Position numbers and translations under genes: made by a program. The notes beneath the pieces are model-generated. The model was not told the origin of the DNA. It saw only the letters and a program-made list of their open reading frames with translations, and made no database searches. From a virus (lineage: Duplodnaviria; Caudoviricetes): a DNA stretch of 64,000 nucleotides. Every line of letters begins with the position of its first letter. The first letter of the stretch is position 1. This document shows positions 56,961 to 64,000 of the stretch, piece by piece. The stretch covers positions 432-64,431 of IMG/VR virus record IMGVR_UViG_3300048886_001579; one strand, 5' to 3'.

Positions 56961-57605
56961 TTATAGGTTTGAAAGAAAGCTATTAAATGCTTTTAACTTA
57001 ACATTTTCCAGTTTTTTAGACGGCGCTTTGGTAACTTCTTTATGAATAGCTGAAATCACCTTTTCTCTGAGAACACCTGATTCCCAAACCCATTCCTTTC
57101 CTTCCATGATTCCTTGAACAAAGGCCTCAGGAGCAGAAGGATCAGCAACTATATCTGCGGCAGTTGCTAGATAAAAATCATCTTTTACATATTTCACTCC
57201 GCCTTTTTCCTCTAAAGAACCCATTCCTCTAGAAGAAACGCCCAATTGTGCGCCATTCTCGATGAGATTTTGCACAATTTTGCCGTATGGGGTATCAATA
57301 ATCTTCGCTTTACCGACAACATTATTACCATCTTCTGTTAATGAAGTAATCATGTGTGATACCCGTTCTAAGTTTATACCAGGACCGTCTGGGTGACCCA
57401 GTTCCCCGAATGCTCTATTTTTTCCGACATAACTTTCATTATATCTTTTTATTTCTTTCATAAGAATTTCTTTAGGATAAATTCTTCCATTCTTATTTTT
57501 CACTTCTGCCATCATAAAGGGACCATGAATATATAGAGATTTTTTCCCGTCTTTTTCTTCTGTAACGTACTCTATATTTTCATTTAGTTCTGTAATTAAA
57601 TGCAT
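56961..57605 (-). CDS. 21: Prohead protease (gp21)
   Basis: NGRIYP, GELGHP, VSHMI, GVSSRGMGSL, DIVADPSAP. Confidence 0.97.
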   Translation of the reverse strand: MHLITELNENIEYVTEEKDGKKSLYIHGPFMMAEVKNKNGRIYPKEILMKEIKRYNESYVGKNRAFGELGHPDGPGINLERVSHMITSLTEDGNNVVGKAKIIDTPYGKIVQNLIENGAQLGVSSRGMGSLEEKGGVKYVKDDFYLATAADIVADPSAPEAFVQGIMEGKEWVWESGVLREKVISAIHKEVTKAPSKKLENVKLKAFNSFLSNL

Positions 57606-57608
57606 AAC

Positions 57609-58016
57609 TTAACCTTTTTGACCTGGTGTTTTTATCTTATTTCTATTTCTTTTACGTTGCAACTCTTCTTTTCTTTTAACTTTTACTAATCTCTTGGCCA
57701 TTTTTTTAATTTTTGGTAAAAATCTTTCTAATCTTGTCGCAAGCATTATTTTTTGAGCGGGAGACATTTTTGAAAGGTTCTGTCCTTTAGCAATTCTGCT
57801 TCTCATTATATTTCTAGCCGTTCTTTTAGCTCGTTTTTGTAATACTTCTGGGCTCGCAACTCTCCTCAATGCTCTTTGTTTTGCTCTAGTTAATAACTTA
57901 GACCGCCTTCGGGCACGTTGTCCCGCCTTCAGTCTTTGTTGAAGAGTAAACTTTCTTTCCTCTAGAGGAACATGTTGATATTCTGCTTCGTCTTTAAATT
58001 CTCTGAATTGTTTCAT
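57609..58016 (-). CDS. Highly basic head-core protein with capsid-targeting-like N-terminus (MKQFREFKDEAE)
   Basis: K/R-rich; adjacent to gene 21. Confidence 0.7.
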   Translation of the reverse strand: MKQFREFKDEAEYQHVPLEERKFTLQQRLKAGQRARRRSKLLTRAKQRALRRVASPEVLQKRAKRTARNIMRSRIAKGQNLSKMSPAQKIMLATRLERFLPKIKKMAKRLVKVKRKEELQRKRNRNKIKTPGQKG

Positions 58017-58321
58017 CTCTTTATATTTTTATTTAGCTTTGAAATTCCTCTAAATAACCCAGACCTTAACGTTTTCTTTCTTTTTATATTTATCAATCTT
58101 TGCTTTATTTTTCTTTTTCTTAAAGACTGTCTTATTTTCAAATTAGTTTTGGGATTAAATTTCTTTCTTTCCTTTGCAGTCATTTTTTTGAGAATCTTCT
58201 TGCCTGCAACCTTTCTATATCCCTTACCAATTAATCCTCTATTTTTTCTAAAAATATTTCTAAATGCTTTTCGTCTTCCTCCAATAGTTCGAACACGACT
58301 TATTTTGTGTATTCTTTTCAT
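58013..58321 (-). CDS. Highly basic prohead core protein (gp68-like)
   Basis: KGYR..GKK..KKMTAKERK pattern; position before gene 21. Confidence 0.65.
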   Translation of the reverse strand: MKRIHKISRVRTIGGRRKAFRNIFRKNRGLIGKGYRKVAGKKILKKMTAKERKKFNPKTNLKIRQSLRKRKIKQRLINIKRKKTLRSGLFRGISKLNKNIKR

Positions 58322-58329
58322 TCATAACC

Positions 58330-58578
58330 TTAGTCCGAATGTGCTACTGAAGTTGCCTGACCCGTAAAAGTTACACTCCAATCAGAATTTTTAAGAATTT
58401 TATGTATTCCTACAGGAAATTTAATTGTTCCTTTAGATTCCCAAGCTCCACCATTTATTGCGGGCCCCTGTACTTCTACAATTCCCGTAGTTGCTATATT
58501 ACATGCAACTGTGGTTGCTGAACCAACGGTATTATTTGCTGGATCTGTTACTAAGGCTCCAAGTAGTTTATAAGCCAT
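58330..58578 (-). CDS. Small hypothetical (probably structural) protein
   Basis: ORF with GGAG RBS in the head module. Confidence 0.65.
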   Translation of the reverse strand: MAYKLLGALVTDPANNTVGSATTVACNIATTGIVEVQGPAINGGAWESKGTIKFPVGIHKILKNSDWSVTFTGQATSVAHSD

Positions 58579-58581
58579 TAA

Positions 58582-59160
58582 TTATTCTCCTCTGCTTTTA
58601 GAAAAAGAAACCATATTCCAAAAATCTTCTTTACTTTCAAATAATTTTTTAGAAAATTCTTTCTTATTTTCGTCATTTAATTTTTTATAAGTTTCGTACA
58701 AAATCTCTGCATCATCGGGTTCAACAATTACTTGAACATCTTTCAAATTTATTTTATGTGATTCCTGAACTTTATAAATTTGCTTGAGTAGTGGAATTAA
58801 ATCATCAATATGATGAATATCCTCAATCATATCTTGATCTTCATCATATTCGAATTCCTCATAAGGATTGTCTTCCGAACCATGATCCATTTCATATTCA
58901 AGAAAATGCTTTACAGAGCTTATATAAGAACACGCCCTTGAAATTTTATCTTGAACCCATGCTTCTAATTCTGTATGATCATCGAGCATTTCAAAAAGTT
59001 CTCTACTGTATTTGTGTAGTTTATATAAACTTTGTTTAGCCATTCTACCCTCAACATCATCATAATTCATTTTTCCATGAGGATGTTGATGTTGAACACC
59101 ACTATAATGCTCTTTTATTTCTTTTTTGGCTGTTGATGATAAATCTTTAAATGTTTTCAT
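58582..59160 (-). CDS. Hypothetical head-module protein (EGRMAKQSL...EAWVQDKI)
   Basis: ORF with GAGG RBS; late promoter upstream. Confidence 0.7.
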   Translation of the reverse strand: MKTFKDLSSTAKKEIKEHYSGVQHQHPHGKMNYDDVEGRMAKQSLYKLHKYSRELFEMLDDHTELEAWVQDKISRACSYISSVKHFLEYEMDHGSEDNPYEEFEYDEDQDMIEDIHHIDDLIPLLKQIYKVQESHKINLKDVQVIVEPDDAEILYETYKKLNDENKKEFSKKLFESKEDFWNMVSFSKSRGE

Positions 59161-59194
59161 GGGCCTCTAGTGTTAAATTTCGATATCTAATTTA

Positions 59195-59202
59195 TATTTA
59201 TA
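59195..59202 (-). promoter_or_regulatory. T4 late promoter TATAAATA starting the head-core operon
   Basis: Exact consensus. Confidence 0.8.
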
Positions 59203-59220
59203 TGATTTATATCTTTTATA

Positions 59221-59616
59221 TTAATCCGTTTTTACTAAAATCATACCATTTTCATCTGGCAATTGATAGGTTATACCCTTCTCATCGAAAAGAGTTTTAA
59301 CTTGATCATATATAGATTCGTCAAAATCGAAATACCACACATAATCTTCTGCCCATTGTCCCGCACACGAAACTAATGATGGTAGTGTCACATTATTTGC
59401 CGCATACTTATATTCTCTTTTTGTCTCATGCAATGTTGAATCAAAAGAGCAAATCAAATAATCTTCCATTAAATTAATAGTATCAAAATCTTCTAGAGCG
59501 GGAATAGGAATAATATCTGCTGAAAGCTCAATATCACCTTCTTGTATAGTTAATGAGGCTTCTATTTCTATACCACTTTCATTTAAACTCATACAGTTCT
59601 CCAAAAATCTTTCCAA
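59221..59616 (-). CDS. Acidic hypothetical protein
   Basis: ORF overlapping the upstream gene. Confidence 0.6.
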   Translation of the reverse strand: MERFLENCMSLNESGIEIEASLTIQEGDIELSADIIPIPALEDFDTINLMEDYLICSFDSTLHETKREYKYAANNVTLPSLVSCAGQWAEDYVWYFDFDESIYDQVKTLFDEKGITYQLPDENGMILVKTD

Positions 59617-60170
59617 ATTACTTCGTCTGTTTTATCATAAGGGCGAAACCACTTATCTCCCTTATGCATATACTTAATATCATTTTCTGTACCTGCTGTA
59701 ACATGAATATGAAACAACAAACGTGGCATCCATTCGGGGTTTTCTTTCCAGTCTAACCAATTTATCACACTTCCCATACATGCATCCATTAATAAATTGT
59801 CACCTAAATAAATAAAATTAACAATTCTACTACCCAATTTTCTTAATAGTATTTCATTTTCAATGATTAATACAATTAGATCACCTTTGATAACATTTTC
59901 CAAAGTTTGATTCTGAAAAGGAATTATTGGTGAACCCAAAGCCTCCATATCATTTTTCATCGCCCGTATCTTTACGGAACCAGACCTTTCATATTCATCA
60001 AATGTTAATTCATCATTTATATTATTTTCCGGATATAATAATCGAGATAATTCAGTATAAAAATAATTAAATGCCACATTAGATCCATTAATATATTTAG
60101 GATATAAGTCCTTTTTAATAGAATTTACCCAAGCCTTTTTAAATATTTTTCTTCTTTCTTCTTGGATCAC
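59589..60170 (-). CDS. Hypothetical protein
   Basis: GTG start with GGAG RBS, overlapping the upstream stop. Confidence 0.65.
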   Translation of the reverse strand: MIQEERRKIFKKAWVNSIKKDLYPKYINGSNVAFNYFYTELSRLLYPENNINDELTFDEYERSGSVKIRAMKNDMEALGSPIIPFQNQTLENVIKGDLIVLIIENEILLRKLGSRIVNFIYLGDNLLMDACMGSVINWLDWKENPEWMPRLLFHIHVTAGTENDIKYMHKGDKWFRPYDKTDEVIWKDFWRTV

Positions 60171-60676
60171 AATATTTCTCCCTTTATTTCAAAATATTTA
60201 TTTATACTATGCATAAAATCGTATATATAAGCCCACTTAAAATGAAATTGAGGTCTACCTTCTTTTAATTTATTTAAATGTTCTATTACTGTAGTATTCG
60301 GATCAGGAGTGGGATATGATGTATATAAATTTCTAAGAAAATCATCAAAGTGTTTCTGACCATATTTTTGTGCTAACTTCTTATATCCTTCAATTATTGC
60401 ACATAATCTTATTTCGTTCGGATGAATCCACTTAGAATCACGAGGATCAGGATGAAATTGCTTATAGATATATTTTCGACCCTCTTCTACTGTATCATCC
60501 ACATATTGGGATTCGTCTATTTTAGTTTCTCTTGTAAATCTAAACTTAGAAGTGGAAATAATCAAACAATGTAGTTCGATAAGAAGAGTATCATCATCTA
60601 ACTCATCATCCATATTTAAATTATTCCATAAAGGAGTTATATCAATACTCGCAAACTCCTGTCCTACTTGAGGCAT
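60167..60676 (-). CDS. Hypothetical protein
   Basis: ORF overlapping the Rieske gene. Confidence 0.65.
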   Translation of the reverse strand: MPQVGQEFASIDITPLWNNLNMDDELDDDTLLIELHCLIISTSKFRFTRETKIDESQYVDDTVEEGRKYIYKQFHPDPRDSKWIHPNEIRLCAIIEGYKKLAQKYGQKHFDDFLRNLYTSYPTPDPNTTVIEHLNKLKEGRPQFHFKWAYIYDFMHSINKYFEIKGEIL

Positions 60677-61575
60677 TTAATATTCTCCAAAAACCATCTT
60701 TGCCGTATTTCTTTCCCCTTTACTAATGAATATTTAGTTTGTCCAGACAATATTCCTTGCCAACAACCTTCTATGAACGGTTTATCTTCTAATAAAATAG
60801 TTGGCACAAAGTTTTCTGCACTCTTTTTTATAACATCTGTTATTCGTTTATCCATGCCCTCTTTATTAAAAAATCCTTCATATATTACAGTTACTTCATT
60901 ATATTTTTCAGGAATAAAATAAGCAATAAATGTTACAACATTCGAAACATTAGATATAAACAAATTAGGAAAAATATAAATGTTTTCCCATTTCCATTCG
61001 TCAATATATTTTTTATATCGTTTAGAGGGTTCTTTAGTTATTCTTTCTACAGAATGTTTACCATATCTTATGTGTTCTGGAGTAAGACTTTGATCTAAGG
61101 ACAGGAAAGGTGATAGAAGGTTTTTAGAAGCCGCATGAACATAAGGCACATGAAGAATATCAATAACATTTTCTACAAATAATTTCCAATTTGCTTTAAA
61201 TGTTAATTCATAATGTAAAAAATGATTATCTGCTTTATAATTATATTTATCTAACAAAGAAATTACTAAAGGATCACGTTCACCCATAAACAATAAATTT
61301 TTATATCTGTAATGAGGATATTGTTTTGCGTGTGATTGATCTATTCCATGATAACCACATATAAATTTTTGATTACCATATCCAAGGGGGTGTGTTAAAG
61401 CAAGTCTGTGATCACAAACATTATCATAAACCGCATCATCTCTTACAACAATAGGATATTTTCCGACAAGAAAACTATGATAATCATTCTTTTGCGAAAA
61501 TCGATATCCAGAATCAACAAACATTCCTTTTAAGAATATTTTTTCTATTTCCTCACTAAATCGTTGTTCTTCCAT
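60664..61575 (-). CDS. Rieske non-heme iron oxygenase alpha subunit-like
   Basis: NVCDHR...CGYHG [2Fe-2S] ligands; ANWKLFVEN.IDILHVPYVH mononuclear Fe site; EDK. Confidence 0.88.
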   Translation of the reverse strand: MEEQRFSEEIEKIFLKGMFVDSGYRFSQKNDYHSFLVGKYPIVVRDDAVYDNVCDHRLALTHPLGYGNQKFICGYHGIDQSHAKQYPHYRYKNLLFMGERDPLVISLLDKYNYKADNHFLHYELTFKANWKLFVENVIDILHVPYVHAASKNLLSPFLSLDQSLTPEHIRYGKHSVERITKEPSKRYKKYIDEWKWENIYIFPNLFISNVSNVVTFIAYFIPEKYNEVTVIYEGFFNKEGMDKRITDVIKKSAENFVPTILLEDKPFIEGCWQGILSGQTKYSLVKGKEIRQRWFLENIKCLK

Positions 61576-62669
61576 TCTCTTTCAGGTATCATAGGCTTTA
61601 TAAATTTTTCATAAACCATATTATCTTCCACACGGGATTGTAAATTAAGAGTATTTTGTATATCTTTACGTGTTTCTGTAAATTGTGTTTTATAAGGTTC
61701 TTGAGAATAATAGTTATATCCTTCAGGAATTAAATGACAATAATTACATGGTGTACGATATCCTACTCGTTCATCTACAGGACCTATTCTATTATGTAAG
61801 GTTATAGAATTATCAAAAATACATATATCATTATTTTGCTGATATTTATGGTGATATATATTTTCTTCAATGAAAAGTTCTTTATCTAATTGTTTGGTAA
61901 ACTCTGTCTTTTCTACTGCATAAGGAGCATAATGCAATCCTTTAACACCACCGGGACTTGTGATGACTAAAGGTAGTTCAATAGGATCAAATACTTGATT
62001 CCAATGAAATATATCATCGTGATCTTTACACCACTTCCCCTCTCCATACCCGCCCCACACAAACTTGATAGTCATATCATCCAACTCTCGTTTATATGAA
62101 TCAGTCTGTTTATCATACCAAGTTGCGGTAGTAACAAATCCAGTAGAAGTACCAACCATTCCTTTAACACCCATTAAAGCAATTCCTGGATTAAATACAA
62201 TAGATCCCGGCTCATTAGAGTGCCAAAGCAATTCTCCTTTATCAAACATCCCTATAGCTTTTCCATTTTCTTTTATACCAGATATACGGTGTAATTGAGA
62301 TTTCCAAGGAATCTTTTCACCTATAAATTCATCTCCTCCAGCACCCATCCAAGCTAAATCTTCTGTATGTTTTCGATCTACATCTTCTATGAGATTACGC
62401 TTAAATAAACTGTAGAAATTACTTATTCCTAATTTCTCTTTATATTTTTTTCTAATTCTATAACCATCTAAAATAAAAGGATCACCCCAAAGAAGCATTT
62501 TTCGTTCAAATTCATTGGGATGAATATCAACATTTCTAATGATTGTTACTAAATCAGTAAGATGTTCTTTCCCCAATTCTATCCAATCATTATCAGACAT
62601 TTCTGCTAATGATACATCATCTATAAATCGGCCATAATCACCAAGTCCGGGTATTTTACTAGTTTTCAT
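61545..62669 (-). CDS. TauD/TfdA-like 2OG-Fe(II) dioxygenase
   Basis: LWHSNE and DICIFDNSITLHNR motifs. Confidence 0.75.
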   Translation of the reverse strand: MKTSKIPGLGDYGRFIDDVSLAEMSDNDWIELGKEHLTDLVTIIRNVDIHPNEFERKMLLWGDPFILDGYRIRKKYKEKLGISNFYSLFKRNLIEDVDRKHTEDLAWMGAGGDEFIGEKIPWKSQLHRISGIKENGKAIGMFDKGELLWHSNEPGSIVFNPGIALMGVKGMVGTSTGFVTTATWYDKQTDSYKRELDDMTIKFVWGGYGEGKWCKDHDDIFHWNQVFDPIELPLVITSPGGVKGLHYAPYAVEKTEFTKQLDKELFIEENIYHHKYQQNNDICIFDNSITLHNRIGPVDERVGYRTPCNYCHLIPEGYNYYSQEPYKTQFTETRKDIQNTLNLQSRVEDNMVYEKFIKPMIPEREWKNNDLVRK

Positions 62670-63640
62670 TTGATCATTTCCTTTTCAAATAATTTTTGAA
62701 GATAGTGATATTTTTTAGCGATATTCAGGGACACGGGTATGTAAATATCGTCTGGATCTTCTTGTGGAATTGAGCTAATGACCACGTAAAGTTGTTGTAA
62801 TTGTTCACTTGACAAACTCTTAATAAATTCTCCTACATTTGGATCCTCATGAACATCTTGTTCTATTCTTTTTTGATAATCTCTATGTTCTAAAACATGC
62901 TCGGGTAAAGGCGCCCCACCTCCCGGAGCCATAAAAATAGGCATCGTATATCTGCGTTTATTATGTTTATTAACTACTCGATGAGGAACTGCTGATATTT
63001 TATTATTCAACCAAGCCTGTAATGTTTCTCCAACATTTATAACAACCGCGGGAGCAAAAGAAGCTGTTGTCCAATTAGAAGATTCTTTATCAGTTCTTAT
63101 TTCTAAATCCTCTGTTTCATCAAAAACATGTAATATAGTTATTGTGCCAATATCACAATGATGTTTCATTCTACTATCTGCTATTGATGGCTTTTCCAAG
63201 TATTTAATTAAAACCATATGGGATGCATCCTTTACAGTTTCCGTTGGGGTATGACATTCTATTAAATTCGTACCAAATTCTAAATCAATAGATCGTAGAA
63301 CCATCATTCCTAATTGTCGAGATGCTTTATATACAACACCACACAATTTATGAAGGTCTTCTGGAAAGACAGAATCCAAAACTTTTGGATTCATTGGAAA
63401 CAGATGAGGATTAAAAATTCTCTCTGTGGTTTCATTATGCCAAGGCTCATCTGCTTTAATAGAATACTTATTTTCAAACACTCCATCTAATCGTGACCTT
63501 ATATGATTCATTATAGTTATATAATGAGGAAATGGCTCTGATATTAAACATTGTCCAGTCTCTTTAAAGGAGCTTATTATATCCGAATCAAATGTTGGGG
63601 AATCTCTTCTAATTACCATATAATTTTTCATGCTCTGCAC
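62666..63640 (-). CDS. Isopenicillin-N-synthase-like 2OG-Fe(II) oxygenase
   Basis: HHCDIGTITIL, VINVGETLQAW, AVPHRVV, RYTMPIF. Confidence 0.85.
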   Translation of the reverse strand: MQSMKNYMVIRRDSPTFDSDIISSFKETGQCLISEPFPHYITIMNHIRSRLDGVFENKYSIKADEPWHNETTERIFNPHLFPMNPKVLDSVFPEDLHKLCGVVYKASRQLGMMVLRSIDLEFGTNLIECHTPTETVKDASHMVLIKYLEKPSIADSRMKHHCDIGTITILHVFDETEDLEIRTDKESSNWTTASFAPAVVINVGETLQAWLNNKISAVPHRVVNKHNKRRYTMPIFMAPGGGAPLPEHVLEHRDYQKRIEQDVHEDPNVGEFIKSLSSEQLQQLYVVISSIPQEDPDDIYIPVSLNIAKKYHYLQKLFEKEMIK

Positions 63641-64000
63641 GGCGATCTTCTAAGGATGCATCCGCAGGTAACCCGCTTCTATAGCTTCCGGTTTCTTTGA
63701 CTTTGACTACATCATTAGCGGCATCATTTGTTAAACAGGTCCCCTTTCCTTGAGTTTCTTGTTCTATTCTTCTAAGATAATTTCTGGTTTTGTGAACATG
63801 TTCCGGCATTGGCCCACCAGTGCCCACTCCCATAAAAATAGGCATCGAATATCTGCGTTTATTGTGTTTATTGACTACTCGATGAGGAACTGCTGATATT
63901 TCATCATTTATCCAAGATTGTAATGTTTCTCCAACATTTATAGCAACCGAATTAGGAACAAAAGGAACAGTTATCCAATCCTCCTTGTCTCTACTAGTTC
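63609..64000 (-). CDS. Second IPNS-like 2OG-Fe(II) oxygenase, 5' end beyond the window
   Basis: Frame open to the edge: ...AINVGETLQSW...AVPHRVVNKHNKRRYSMPIF. Confidence 0.8.
   Translation of the reverse strand, partial: TSRDKEDWITVPFVPNSVAINVGETLQSWINDEISAVPHRVVNKHNKRRYSMPIFMGVGTGGPMPEHVHKTRNYLRRIEQETQGKGTCLTNDAANDVVKVKETGSYRSGLPADASLEDRRAEHEKLYGN

Noticed and set aside
1207-60922. All plus-strand ORFs in the track and short out-of-frame minus-strand ORFs nested in genes
   Set aside because: They are antisense or alternate-frame shadows of well-supported minus-strand genes, with no motifs or RBS
1-64000. CRISPR array, alternative genetic code, standard tRNA genes
   Set aside because: No regularly spaced repeat-spacer array seen; core genes are intact under the standard code and genes end in TAA, TAG and TGA; no cloverleaf recognised by eye (tRNAscan not run)

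Overview
A 64-kb, AT-rich (roughly 30% GC by eye) segment of a large T4-like myovirus genome, probably aquatic or marine; essentially every real gene is on the minus strand. It holds the T4 replication/recombination core (gp43, gp41, gp61, gp44/45/62, RegA, UvsX/Y/W, gp46/47, gp55), head genes (gp21, gp22, gp23, gp68-like, gp3), nucleotide metabolism (class II RNR, glutaredoxin, ThyX, dUTPase) and many host-derived auxiliary genes (bS21, IscU, IscA, nitroreductase, peptide deformylase, Hsp20, HtrA, MoxR-AAA/VWA pair, C5 DNA methyltransferase, glycosyltransferases, a Rieske/TauD/2OG-Fe oxygenase island). The most striking items are absent from the ORF track: (1) a circularly permuted two-piece tmRNA gene (tag ANNNDYYPAQVALAA) whose intervening segment encodes a 27-aa membrane peptide with its own RBS; (2) a 37-aa, 9-Cys metallothionein-like peptide behind a late-promoter motif, at the end of an iscA-iscU-nitroreductase run; (3) several proteins with T4 capsid-targeting-like N-termini, including a nucleotidyltransferase fused to a probable protease-processed polyprotein. 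All calls come from motif recognition by eye; no database searches were run.
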